Under the pieces are notes generated by a model. That model searched no databases. It saw nothing but the letters and a program-made list of their open reading frames with translations, and was not told where the DNA came from. A program made the translations under genes and the position numbers. 64,000 nucleotides of DNA, taken from assembly GCA_964016885.1 (NCBI GenBank), contig OZ024742.1:325562001-325626000 (forward strand), read 5' to 3'. This document shows positions 50,996 through 64,000 of this stretch, piece after piece. Positions within the stretch are counted from its first letter, which is position 1. The number at the start of each line of letters is the position of its first letter. The stretch is from Eledone cirrhosa (lineage: Eukaryota).

Positions 50996-52234
50996 GTATA
51001 TATATATATATATGAGTATGTGAGTGTGTGTGTGTGTGAGTGTGTAAAACTAATAACAAAAGTAACGAAACAAACGGAACTCTACATGGAAGAAATATGT
51101 TGGTTTAACGCTTGATTATATATGCCTATATATATATATATGCTCTGGTTGTCCCCCAAAAATGTATACACATTTTGATTAGAATGCTGTTGATGTTTAT
51201 ATAATTTTATTGAGGACCTGTATATTCTGGCTAAAGAAAGACAGGGTAATCATGGCTGGAACATTTTGGTCAAACCTTGCCTGGTGTTAAATAACACAAA
51301 TTACAACACAATTTAAAGACATTTACTCTTGATAGTTATGTTTGGTAACCAGTGTTTGAAACATGACAATGCTAAATTAATACGAACTGTTGGTCTTTCG
51401 GATGGAAAAGCTGTTATGCTAACAGCTCAGTCAGCTGCGTCTCACAACTGTGAAGTAATTATCTGACAATGATTACTTTTACTTGCTGTTTTTTACAAAG
51501 GAAGATCGTCATTTCCAACTCTCTTTAAACAGGGAAATTCCCTTTGGCAACAAACAAATAGATGAAAATGAATAAAATGAATAAAATGAATAAAATGGAT
51601 AAAATGAATAAAATGAATTAAAAAATATACAATAACATTATATAAAGTAAACAAATATCAATTTTGTTGATAAAAATAGCGATGCGTTTGGATTCCATTA
51701 AATTCCATTATATACCTTCTCCAAGTTTTGATATTCTTATCGTGCTTATCAGTTGATAAACACTTCCGGCAACCAGAAAAAATAAAGAAAATTTCAACAC
51801 TGAACAATGATACTTTTGTTATTGATAGTACTAAATGCGACAGTATATATATAGAAAGTGCACTGCAGTTAATTCATATGTTAATTTCTTACATTGGAAC
51901 AAGATATCAAATGCGTAAATGGAGGGTGTAAGGCCTATATAAAATCAAACTTAGAATATGACTGGTATCTAATTTCAACGGCAGCCTTCTCTGAGTAAAT
52001 TCTCTAACATATTCATTCTCTGAAGTATAGCAATGTTTACATCTAAGTCAACTCGTGAATACTATTGATCAATTGTTTGCTGTTTGTCTACACACTATTT
52101 CAGCAAGTATGCTGAATCATATGTTAGGATTTCTCCAGACCTGCCAACCTCTAAAAACACAAACTTGGAGTACCATAAGAAAATGGCCTCAAACGGGGAG
52201 ACATTTGGCAAAATGGGGAAATTTTACATAATTG

Positions 52235-52550
52235 TTTCTACTTTTTAGCACAAGGCCAGCAATTAATCAGTACATTACTGGTACTTTATTTTATCGACCC
52301 GTAAGGATGAAAGGCAAAGTTAACCTCGGCGGGATTTGAACTTAGAATGGCAAATACCGCCGAGGATAACGGCAGTATCGGTAGAGGGTATGACGCCATG
52401 CTTTGCAGCAAAGAGTTACGGCCCTTTACTGTCTGAGTTCAAATCCCGCCGAGGTTAACTTTGCCTTTCATCCTTACGGGGTCGATAAAATAAAGTACCA
52501 GTAATACAGTGGGATAATTGCTGGCCTTGTGCCAAAAGTAAAAACAATTA
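52235..52550. mobile_element. Head-to-head inverted pair of SINE copies
   Basis: Minus-strand 3' half at 52235-52345 and plus-strand copy at 52370-52550. Confidence 0.82.
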
Positions 52551-52609
52551 TTATTGTTATGCACCATTCAATCTCTCTCTCCTCAACAAATGTATATGTT
52601 TACATAATA

Positions 52610-55600
52610 ATGATTTCATTTATTGGCCACAAGGGCCGACATATAGGGGACAATACAAAAGACTGGGACAGTGGGGTTTTACAGAAAAATGGAGTAAACA
52701 ATATGAATAACAATAACAAAGTAACACTAAAAATACAAGAAAAATTCCCCAATAGGGGGTGATGACCACAAAGGGTTCGTCAGGTACGCCACCAATCCTG
52801 AACGACGCGACGCTTCGAGAGCACTCGGGAAGGGCACCCCTCTCCTCCTCAAATGTACCCACCTACAGGCGCATGATCAGAGTAGGCCTACTCACACAGG
52901 CCATTCTCGCCACATTCACCAACCTTTCAGCAAATGTACTTGGGGGCAGCACTTCTCTCTCCACCCTCACCTTCCTTTCCAAGTGAAAACTTGAAAAGGT
53001 TGATGAGGGATTGGCCGCAGAGAAAAGTGTCTGTCCTCAGTCCTTTCAACCTCGTCCATCATACAACCTCTTTCGCTACTGCCACCAGACAGAGGAAAAT
53101 TGGCTGCCCTTCCTGGCGAAAAGAAAGCGGCGGGTTGATCGTCACTATGGACTCGGCCGATAGCCGGATCCGTTCTACACGCGACAACAGCTGTTCGACA
53201 TGACTCCACACATCAGTAATGCATGGAAACTGGACGAGTGCCTGCAAAATGGTTTCCTCGCTCTGCGCGCACCACGGGCAGGTCCGTCTGACAGACCTTC
53301 CGTGCCTATAGAGTTAATCACGAACCGGCAGTGCCCCCCCCCCCCCGGTAGCACTGCCAATCGAGGAATTTTTGGAAATTATCCATCGTCCCCGGCTCGA
53401 AAGTCCTCTGGAACAGACTGGCTAGTTCGACTTCGTCGAGGCTCGGCGCCTCTCCGAGTACGTACGGTCTCTTCTTGACCGAGGACTGCAGCTCAGTCAA
53501 AGAGAGGAGCTGCGGAAAGGCCCGTCTGACAAACGGCGACCACAGCTTTGAAGTGGATTTGAAGAGGAGCCGCTCCAAGACAGCGAGGCGCCAACGGGGC
53601 CAATGGACGACGGTCTGACGGTAGTAGATGACGTACGCGATGTACGCGTTCGCCACCTCCACCCGACTTTTCAGTGATAGCTTCCTTGCAACCCATTTCT
53701 GGGTGAGACTGGCTACCTTGCCCGTCACCTCGTTCCAATTCTTATCCACCTGGAGGTCTGGCCCGAACCAAACTACGAGCACCTTTACCGGTCCATCCGT
53801 CCAGCGCCCAAGGACATGGACTTGCCTCTCCAGGTGCCGAGTTGCAAGCCCACCGACTTTTCTGGGTTAAGTTTTGCTCCCGTCAACCTTTCATAGTACT
53901 CCAATAAGTTGCCGACCACCTCGATTTCTGAGGTGTCCGACACCATCACTGTGATGTCGTCCGCATATGCCAACACAGCCTTCCCGCGTCCCGGTTCGAG
54001 CGGGATGCCCTGCAACAGCTCCAACTTCCGCAGTAAAGGCTCGAGAGTCAGTATGTACAGAAGGGAGGAGAGAGGGCACCCTTGACGGACCGATCGGGAG
54101 ATCTGAAACGGTTCCGAGAGGTGGCCATTAACTTTGACCACCGAGCAGGTGCCGCTGTGCATTGCAGTGATCCAGCTTCTGAAGACGGGGTCGAAGCCAG
54201 CCGCCTTGAAGACAGCCTCCAGGTACCGATGGTCGACTCTATCGAATGCTTTGGATTGATCTAAATTGATAAGAGCTCCACCGAAGCCAGGTTTACCCCC
54301 ACCCTCTCTATGATGTATCGCATCAGGTGGAGGTTGTCGTGTATGGACCTGGTTGGGATTGCGAAAATTTGCGCCTCCCCAACCAAATGCCCAACCACAA
54401 GCGTCAACCTCTTTGCTAACACCTTGGGCAAAATCTTAAACTCTGTGTTAAGCAGAGTTATGGGCCTGAAATTGTCTAATGTGTCCTTCTTGTTCCCGTC
54501 TTTCCTTATCAACGTCACTACGCCCCGGATCACAGAACTGGGAATACTCTCGTTTCTGCTGCCAGTTGCAGTAGAGCGCTTCGAGGAGATCAGAGAACAA
54601 GTCTGGCGTATTTACGTAAAGCTCGTAGGGCAGACGATCCAAACCGGGTGACTTGCGACTCATGCAGCCGACAAAGGCATCCTGAATCTCGGCTGAAATA
54701 ATCGGCCTTTCGCAGCGCACATCGTCGGCCGTCGAGAGTTGCGACAAGCCATCGAGGTAAGGAGTGAAGTCCGCCACCGTCTCTGACACGCCACTTCCCC
54801 CGAATAACCGAGCAAAATGTTGGCGAAAGACCACACACATCCGCTTGGAATAGCTCAGCTCGTATCCATCTCGTTTCGTCACTGCGTGGAAGAGATGCAG
54901 CGTGGATGTATTGCCACGCTGCGCCTCTTCCACGCAGGCCCATCGAACAGCTTTAGTTCCCTCGTTTCCAGGAGCACGCATCGAAGAAATGATCTAATGC
55001 CATTCTCGCCGCTAGCACGTTAGTTGCATTGCCACTACAAATAGCCTTGTCTAACTTATCTACCAATTCCCACTCCTTTCTATTTTTCTCTAACGCTAGT
55101 TTTTTGCTAAACTCTATCGACATTACTCTAATCTCTCTTTTGAGAACCCTCGACCATCTATTGTTGACGACTCCCCCTGTCAACTTTTTCTTAACTAAAT
55201 TGTTGACCTGGTCCCTGTAAGCCTAACGTGCCGAAATGACATGTTCAGCTTCCAGTAACCAGGTTCTAGCCTACGCGTCTTATTTAAGTCGAAAATACAG
55301 ATCACAAACTTGTCATCTGAATAGGAGACGGTTTTAAAACGTGGACAGCTTACACTATTTCTGTCTATTTTCCTAATGAATATCCTGTATATATACGATC
55401 TAGATGACCCTATGCGGTTAGCCCAGGTCCACACTGGCGCATTAGGGAAATCTAGTCGGTACCTGTCAGACAGTTGGAATTGGCTGATCAGGTTCTTGAG
55501 GCTATTGCACCCTCCGTTCCTATCGGATACTCCCACGCAGTCCCAACATGCGTCTAAGATGCCGTTCCAGTCCCCCGATAACAGTAAAGGGCGAGACCTA

Positions 55601-56760
55601 CCCAGAAAGGGTTCCAGGCGTCTAAAGAAGTCCAGCTGTTCTGCCCCAGTAGACGGCCCGCAGTCTAAAGGCACCACCTTCGTTATTGTTCACGTCCAGG
55701 ACCACCAATTTACCTCCGGGTCCCGAAAGATCGATCTTACCTTCAGATCCAGGCCTTTCGTAAACAGCACTGCCAACCCACCTCCCTTTCCCGGCCGAAG
55801 AACAGATGCAAACATCTGATAGTCGTCGAAATGGGGGCTAGTGCACGCGTGTCGGACATCCTGGTCTCGCTGACGGCATCCATTTCTAGAGACCCGAGGC
55901 CGTTGAGCAGGTGACCCTGCTTGCAGGACGATCCCAGGCCTCGAACATTTAAACTTCCTAGTCTTAATACGGCCATGTTGGCAGATTACAAAAGATAGAG
56001 GAAAGGTTTACTTACCTTCCGGGCGCTTGTGAAGGACGGGTGTTTCGACCTCCATAGTTGGTGGGGTTTCTTTTGGAAATCCCTTTAAACGTCTTGAAGT
56101 GGGTTTTATGTTGGGGTTCCCACGTCCCGAGGAAAGCTGTCTCGTATCTCTTTGTATAAATCGATTGACATTCGCACCAGAAACAAATCTTCAGGCACGC
56201 GAAATGTGCTCGATTTAAAAATGTCCTCCTCTTTTTGAATTTCTTCACTTCGTGCTACAAGGGCCATCTGTTCCTTGTTGGCCCTCCTGACGAGCACGAA
56301 GTTTTGTATGTTTTGTTGGTGTGATTCTATATGTTTGCGTGGTTGTGGTGGTGATGGTTTTGATGGTGTTGATTCGGTTGTGTCTGTGTTTGTTGTGAGT
56401 GTGGTGCCTGTGGTTTCAGATGTTTGTGTGTGTACTTGTTCTTGCGTCTGTTTAGGTTGTTTGCGTTGGGGGGGGGGGGGCGATGTTGATGGTGGTGTTA
56501 ATGTTGGTTTGTTGGGGAGATTTTTGCGTGGGTGGTCTCTGAATTTTTTATTGTGGGTGTTTTTGTGCTTTGTTGATTTTTTTTTTCTTTTTGTGTTTCC
56601 TTTTTTGTATTTTGGGGGATTTGGGTTTTCCCTCATCTTCACTACTGGTAGATGAGTGGCCTGTGTCTGTAAGTGTGTCTGTGTCTGTGAGTGAGTTTAT
56701 GTTTTTACTGATGTGTGTATTTTTTTTTTGGGGGGGGGAGGGGGAATTTGACAACTTTCC
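52610..56760 (-). mobile_element. Degraded Tx1/L1-clade LINE (ORF1 fragment, APE endonuclease, RT)
   Basis: LRLGSLNVRGL at 55976, LLSGDWN, WTWAN, PGYWKLN, KSPGLD, NFRPITLLNTEFKIL, VRQGCPLS, AYADDITV. Multiple frameshifts. K/T/P-rich ORF1 piece at 56106-56642. Confidence 0.9.
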
Positions 56761-56789
56761 TCGTCTCCGCTCTACTACTATTTATAATA

Positions 56790-58885
56790 AAAACAAAAAT
56801 TACTATATAAGCCACTTGGGGCGACATATAGGAGAAACTACAAAGATAGGGACTGTGGGAGATTAACATAAAATTAAGTAAAAAATATAAAACAAGGATA
56901 AACAACAAAATATATAACAATGAAAATTCGCAATAGTGAGATACCTCCCATGGGTAACATAGGGACCCCGTCAATCCTAAACCAGCCGACTCTCTTACAG
57001 TAGGAAGGCGCCCATCTCCTCTCCAAACTAGCCAGCCTACAGGTACATTGCCTCGGACTATCATAGTTACATTCACCCACTATTTAACAAATGAAGTGGG
57101 GGAAGCACTTTTCCCTCCACCTTCACCTTCTTTTGTAAGTGGAACTTCAAATCATTGGTTACGGCTTGACTGAAGAGGAACATTTTCAGCCCTTCCCGAC
57201 CAAACGGAGACAATGCACTGATCTTCAACATGGACTTGGTCGATAACCATATCGGTCATACACGTTATATTAGCTGTTCGACAAATCTTTACAAGTCAGT
57301 ACTGCACGGACACTAAACGAGTGGGTTCAGAATGATTTCGTCGCTCTGCGCGCTTCCCAGACAAGTTCATCTGACAGCACTTCCGTGTCAGTAGAATCCG
57401 TATCGATTCTGCAGTGCCACATGTTAATTCTGCAAAGCTAGGAATTTCTGGAGGTTGTCCATATTCCCCGACTGGAAAGTTCTCCGGAACAGATATATCA
57501 GTTCGATTTCCGCGACTGCCAGACCGAATCCAAGAACATCGTCACACTTGTACGCTAGAAAGGAATTTCCTCTGAACGGTTTGACTAACTGGTAAAGAGC
57601 TTTGATAGACTGACAATTTTCCAGGTGCCAGGCGCCGAGTCATGGTCTTTTCTTAACCCTCGGCTGGAGCTCAGTCAAAGAGACCAGCTGCGGAAAGATG
57701 TCTGGCAAATGGTAACCATACTTGTCAGCCGTTTTTAAGAATATCCTAGCTTCAGAGTACATTTGCGCATCTTTAGTCCTAACTTGCTTAGCCTTTGACG
57801 TAGAAGGTGCCGACAGCAACTGGACTCCTTTACCAATGGAACTTATCCTTTCTACAAGAAGTTGTAACGCAGGTGTTCCAATTTATCAAGGTGTGAACGG
57901 GGCAAGGCACGACGGCCAAGCTATCATAGATGACACACACGATGGTCTTTTCAGTGATAGCTTCCTGTTGGCCAATTTCTGGGTGAGAATGGCAACCGTG
58001 CACGTTATCTAGTCCTAGTTTTTATCAACCTGGATGCCTGGCCCAATCTTCACAGGTGCGTCCTTCCAGTGTACAATGGTGCTGATGAACGGTATCTATT
58101 CGCCTCTCCAAGTAGCATGTTTTCCGGGTTGATCTTTGCTCCTGTCAACCTTTCATATTCCTCTAAGCAGTCGACACCATCACATTGACGTCTATCATGT
58201 ATGTCGACGAAGCCCTTCCACGTCACGACTTGATACCCTGCAACATAGCAACCTCCCGCTGTAGTGGTTCGAGTCAGTATATACAAAAGTGTTAGAGAGG
58301 GCATCCTTGAAGGACTGAGCGCGTAATCTAGAACAATTCCGATCGATGCGACTGTGATTGCAGGCAGTCGAGCCTCTAAAAACAGGACCGAAGCCGGCTT
58401 CGTTGATGACAGCCAGAAGATATCGGTGAGCAATCCTATAGAAATTGTTTGATTCATCTAAATAGTTGAGAGCCCCACCGAAGCTAGGTTTTCTCTCTAC
58501 GCTATGATGTAGGAGGTTATCGTGAATAGACCTGGTTGAGATTGCGCATGTCTGCTCTTATCCTACCAGTATCTCGATGACAATTTCTACCTTCGTTTCT
58601 AGCACTTTGGCTAAAATTTTAAACTCTGTATTTAGCAGATTTACAGGCCTGAAGTTATCGAAAATCTTGCTCTTGTTCACGTCTCTCTTCAACCTTTCTC
58701 AAGAACTGGGAATTTTCACACGTTTACCAGCCAGTTGCGGTAGACAGCTTCGCGGATATTGAATAGGCCTGGAATGTTTAAGTAATACTCGTAGGAGAGA
58801 CCATCAAAACCGGGCGATATGCACCTCATAATATCGGCCAGTACTTCTTGAACCCCTGTTGCTATCGGCGTTTCGCAGCACTCCA
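56790..58885 (-). mobile_element. Second, older 5'-truncated Tx1/L1-like copy directly upstream of the first
   Basis: SPGFDGLSYE, EYERLTGAKINPE, and a 3' end (gccac..gcgacatata..acaaaga..ggac) homologous to 52626-52670. Confidence 0.8.
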
Positions 58886-59640
58886 AAACCAGATGTGGAT
58901 TGTTTTTACCTCCCAAGATAAAACGGTGATAGAGGAATAACTCAACCTGCGCTGTCATGCAAAATATCAACCATTAAACGCGAACAACACCTTGAAGCTA
59001 CAGATGACTGTTTGTTGAAACTGTTTCAGGATCATGAAAAGATGTTGAATTCAATAAAAAAGGAAGTAGGAAGTTTACGGAAGAATTGAGAAGACATTTT
59101 GAAAATGTTGGTGATGCTGAAAGTAAAGGTTCAAATATCAAAATGTTGGCAAAATATGAAGGTCAGTAAATGGGAGCCCAAACCCCTTCATGGGTGGTAT
59201 GTTTCCGCAACAAAGAACCTGATATTGATCAAACTCTCACCTAACATTGGCTGTGTAGTTCTAGGCTAAAAGCAGAGAGTGGTGTCTTCATTTTGACTGC
59301 ACAAGACCAATGCTTTTCAACACACATCTTTCAAGCTAATGTCATAAAAAAATTGAACTGGGCCACAGTATCGACTCTGCAATGAGCACTCTAAGGTCAT
59401 TGAAGCTGCGAAGTATTAGTTCCCGAGTAATATAAAATATAGCGGGTGATAGAGTAGATCAATATTTACACTGGCTAACAGTAACAATCCGATGGGTTTT
59501 GCATGTGAACACAGATAGAACCACCAAAGCCTAAACAGCAGTTATAACTGTGAATGACCATACAAACACATGCTTATATTTGACATGAGCATTCCATCAT
59601 TTCGTAATTGGAGGGTGGAAAATTTCGATTATATTTGCCA
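58885..59640 (+). pseudogene. Fragment of R4-like (restriction-like endonuclease type) non-LTR retrotransposon
   Basis: Broken translation KPDVDCFYLPR, WEPKPLHG, WLCSSRLKAESGVFILTAQDQ resembles the C-terminal motifs of this group. Confidence 0.6.
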
Positions 59641-60222
59641 GTACTTGGTTGGAACTTCATTTTTTCACCCGAAAGAATGTTGCACGAAGTTTACGTCAGA
59701 GCAATTTGAAAGCAGGACATAAAGGAAGGGAACATGTAAGACATTATTTTGTCGAGCTCTCTAATGTTTCTACCATATCAGATATGAATATAATTATCAT
59801 AGGAAAATATAAATGCAAAAATCGCCCAGTTATCATACTTAATGTCGGTTAAACTCACATATATTTGAGAGGTAGAACATTGTTTAAAGCCACAAGGAAT
59901 GAATTATGCATACGCGGGAATACTAAAAACACACACAAATGCAAATTATTGCTGGAGCCGCTGTCAGAATCTGTATCCTCATTCATAAATTCATTTATAT
60001 TTCTTTTTAATCTCCATATTGCATTTGCCTCATAAAATATATATGAATATATGCTGATATATGTGTCGCTATATGTGAGTAAATGGCAGACACATACACA
60101 CAGACACACACACGCGCGCACACGCGCGCACACGCGCGCACACGCACACGTGCGCACACACACACACGCGCGCACACACACACACGTTCGCATAAACTTA
60201 CACACAAATGTTAATACTATAT

Positions 60223-60281
<59 letters not shown>

Positions 60282-61099
60282 TATGGGTGTGTGCGTGCGT
60301 GTGTGTATGTGGGTGGGTGTATATGTATGTCTATATCTATACACATGTATATATATGTCAATATGTATATATATATACACTAGAAGTCAGTTCCAACTGT
60401 ATACATGTGAAGGAACATATACGCATAATTTATACACAAACCCAGATCAGACAGAGGGAGAGAGAGAGAGAGAGAGGGAGAGAGAAAGTTCACTTAATCA
60501 TGGAGATAATATAGATATACACACCCCCCATATACACATGTATATATAGTTTAAAATGTATGTGTAAGATTATGCGCACGCGTGAGTGTACGTCTGTGTG
60601 TATGTGTCTGCCATATATATATATATATATATAAATGAAAATATAGAAATTAATGTGAGCAAGAAGCCAACAGTATTTTATAATATATAAGTGACTATAA
60701 CGTCAAAATAGAAAATAATTAACGTAAGATATGGGAAAATAATTCAAACTAAAAAAAAAATTCAAGATATATATATATATATATATATGATATATCATAT
60801 AATATTTCTAATATCATAATTAACGTTTGAAATCATAATTTCCTATATATGTGTAAACGTAAATGCCACTAATAAGATACTAAATTATTCTGTAACTAGT
60901 GAGACGGTTCTTAACAATTCGGTGGCATCGTGAGTATCACATTTTGAAAAAAAGTGTATTCTTGAGTGTTACCAGAAGAGTAGGAAAAATGCCGGTTGAA
61001 AACACTGCACACATATTAAATGAATCCCCTATTATTCAAATGAGATGAAATAAACATAAAGGCTTATAGTGTGCGATAAGTTTACGAGACATTGCCGTG

Positions 61100-61255
61100 T
61101 AGAATATCAGGGCAAAGAGTTACGGCCCTTTATGTTCAGAGTTCAAATTCCCGCCGAGGTTAACTTTGCTTTTTATCCTTACGGGGTCGATAAAATAAAG
61201 TACCAGTAATACACTGAGATAATTGCTGGCCTTGTGCCAAAGGTAGAACCAATTA
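61100..61255 (+). mobile_element. SINE (same family, 5' degraded)
   Basis: B box and conserved core. Confidence 0.78.
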
Positions 61256-61729
61256 TTTGGTGAACATTTCTTGTTTGAGAATATGTACAGTGTGTAAAAT
61301 TATAATCTTCTTGTGAGTAATAGGGTAAGTTTCTTTGTACAAAAGTATCAAGCATTTCACTTGTGAATATCAATTTGTTTTGAGAGTGTTTATGTTGTCG
61401 TGGTTACATATATTTTGTATTAAGAACTTGCTGATTTTATGCAGCTGAAATTGTTTAAACATTTTCAAAGATCTCTCTAAATTGTGTTTAGATAGGCAGT
61501 GATTTGACATGTCAAATGTTGTTTAATGCCTTACTTATAGGTATAGATGGTATGAGTGCCGGTTAAATTTCGTGACGAGTGTTTGTGATGGTGGTATATT
61601 CTAAAGGGCATTGCTCCTACATTGATATACATGCAGGTATTATATGCGTTACATTTTGTATTTGAATATCTAACATATCAAATCATAAATGATACATTAA
61701 AGGTAATATTATGTTATCATAAGAATTAA

Positions 61730-61915
61730 GGTGGATTGGCAGTATTGGTACAGGGTCGGACGCCATGCTTTGACATATAGAGTTACGGCCCTTGTCATTC
61801 TGAGTATAAATCCCGCCGAGGTTAACTTTGTCTTTCATCCTTACGGGGTCGATAAAATAAAGTACCAGTAATACACTGGGTATTTGCTGGCCTTGTGCCA
61901 AAAGTAGAAACAATT
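61730..61915 (+). mobile_element. SINE (same family)
   Basis: A/B boxes and conserved core. Confidence 0.82.
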
Positions 61916-62619
61916 ATATTATCATAAGAATGAAGAGAAAATTAGCAAATTTAATAATCCTCTTCACCTCTCTTTAATGCAAAGGTAAGCATACATCAGG
62001 GCACATGAATTCAACCGCTCAAAATGCGACCTTGCAAATACATACTTCTCATTCGCTATTTGTATCATTTGCTATATCGTATAGAATGTAAATGAATCGG
62101 TATATAACCATTGTTATTAAGTCAGGTTTGTGCAATGTGCACATAAAATTATAAGTATGGCAGTAAACGTTTATTGATTGAAACTTTACATTAGTAGACA
62201 TACGACGTTCAAAACACCTGGTGTTATGAACTAGTTAAATAACACAGCCTCAGTCACCCAGCTTCTCCTCAACAATCCTGGAGAAAGATATCCAAAAGCT
62301 GTCCTTTAAAGAAACAGGTATGCGTGCTGAGATTGGAGAACTAAATTCCTTTTTTTATTATCGTGCTTCTAGAATCTACCTTTATATACATAGATCGGTT
62401 GTTGAATAATATATGAGATTCCTAGGAATTATTCAGCGAATAATAAGTAAGTAAATGCTGGAATTCTGGTTAAGTAGATAGAAACACACGAACACAGAGC
62501 AACAAGTCTTTGCTTAAACTTTAATCTATTATTTTAATACATATTTGCTGTACGGTTTTTTATATAATCCTTATCAAACCCCCTTCGGATTTTGGTATTC
62601 ATATTTATTATTATTTTAT

Positions 62620-63230
62620 CGGCGGTGGATTGGCAGTATCGGTAGACGGGTCGGACGCCATGCTTTCCAGCATAGTTACGTCCCTTTACGATCTGAATTC
62701 AAATCCCGCCGAGGTTGACTTTGCCTTTCATCCTTATGGGGTCGATAAAATAAAGTACCAGTAATACACTGGAAACAATTATTACTATATATGTTGAGGG
62801 CGGTGGATTGGCAGTATCGGTAGAGGGTCGGACGCCATACTTTGCAGCATAGAGTTACGGCTCTTTATGATCTGAGTTCAAATCCCGCCGAGGTTAACTT
62901 TGCCTTCCATCCTTATGGGGTCGATAAAATAAAGTACCAGTCACGCCCTGGGGTCGATTTAATCGACTTTCCCCTCCCCCGAAATTAATGGCATTGTGCC
63001 ACTATAAGAAACCATTATTACTATATATTTTGAGGGCCGTGGATCGGCAGTATCGGTAGAGAGTAGGACACCATGCTTTGAATCATAGAGTTACGTCCCT
63101 TTATGATCTGAGTTCAAATCCCACCGGTTAACTTTGCCTTTCATCCTTACGGGGTCGATAAAATAAAGTACCAGTAATGTACTAGGTAATTGTTGGCCTT
63201 GTGCCAAAAATATAAACAATTATTACTATA
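62620..63230 (+). mobile_element. Three head-to-tail copies of a tRNA-derived SINE
   Basis: Each has A-box-like TGGCAGTATCGG, B-box-like GTTCAAATCC and the core gcctttcatccttacggggtcgataaaataaagtaccag. Confidence 0.88.
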
Positions 63231-63554
63231 TAGTAAGAGTCGGGTATATATATATATATATATATATATGCCCGACTCTGCACGTCACCTTAAGCAAGAA
63301 CATCGCCTGAGCCGACCGGGACAGGTTGACCCGGATTTTACTGACTTTCAGTCAAACACCTTACACCTATAGGACAACATACCTCAACCACAGTGACATA
63401 CTCCAGTATGGCCGGGCCACGCACCCCCATGCATGTGTACCTTTTCAATCGAGAATCCATACTCTCCACATATTCCGTTTTGGAACACATTATTTGTTCC
63501 GTATATGTGTGTGTGTCTGATGGTAGCCTCTTAGCTACCACCAGACACACACAC

Positions 63555-63601
<47 letters not shown>

Positions 63602-64000
63602 TGTGTGTGTGTGTTTATATATAAATATAAATCAGGAGGGAAACTGGTTAGACGATTACTCAGCAGAGTGCATGTTACTTGGTGTAGTAGTGTTTGGTTA
63701 TATCATGAAGATTTGATACCCTTTCCGTCTCAAAAATAATTCCAGACTGAGTCTGGAACTAGCTGTTTAAACAGCAAGAGCTCAGCCACCGGGATCCCGA
63801 CTCTTTATTATATATATATATGATATGATAAGATATGTTAATACATTCCTTTTCAGTTTCCAACAAGCGTCAAACTAATAGGAAATTATGTAACTGTATG
63901 CGTGCATGTAAAAACATTGTATCTATTATATGAAAATATGCATATATGAAACATTTGTACGAAAGCTATCTATATATAAACTTGTAAACTCGTTTCGGCA

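Noticed and set aside
51563-51620. (ATGAATAAA-like)n 10-bp tandem repeat
   Set aside because: Ordinary short minisatellite with no further structure.
62620-63230. CRISPR-like array or tRNA gene cluster
   Set aside because: Units are about 160-240 bp SINE copies found dispersed elsewhere; no unique spacers and no complete cloverleaf.

Overview
AT-rich eukaryotic genomic DNA, very rich in (TA)n/(CA)n/(GA)n microsatellites. The SINE family and repeat texture suggest an octopus or other cephalopod (inference). No intact host gene can be supported; there is one plausible minus-strand exon near 1.1-1.4 kb. The window is dominated by retroelements. The centrepiece is a young, apparently intact Penelope-like element (PLE; 19.7-25.6 kb, minus strand) inserted in a (TA)n tract. 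Unusually for an endonuclease-positive PLE it has two overlapping ORFs: a 400-aa coiled-coil/low-complexity ORF1 and an RT + GIY-YIG ORF2 with no usable ATG. The two are joined by an in-frame U-UUU-UUA slippery heptamer, predicting a gag-pol-like -1 ribosomal frameshift. Its pseudo-LTR carries a minimal hammerhead ribozyme with a variant U3-A8 core, and a diverged relic copy at 46-48.5 kb shows compensatory stem changes in the same motif. Also present are relics of two other PLE types, two tandem Tx1/L1-like LINEs, RTE, CR1/L2 and R4-like fragments, many tRNA-derived SINEs, a MITE, and numerous short fold-back elements between (TA)n tracts, some with degenerate hammerhead motifs. Boundaries were read by eye and are approximate.
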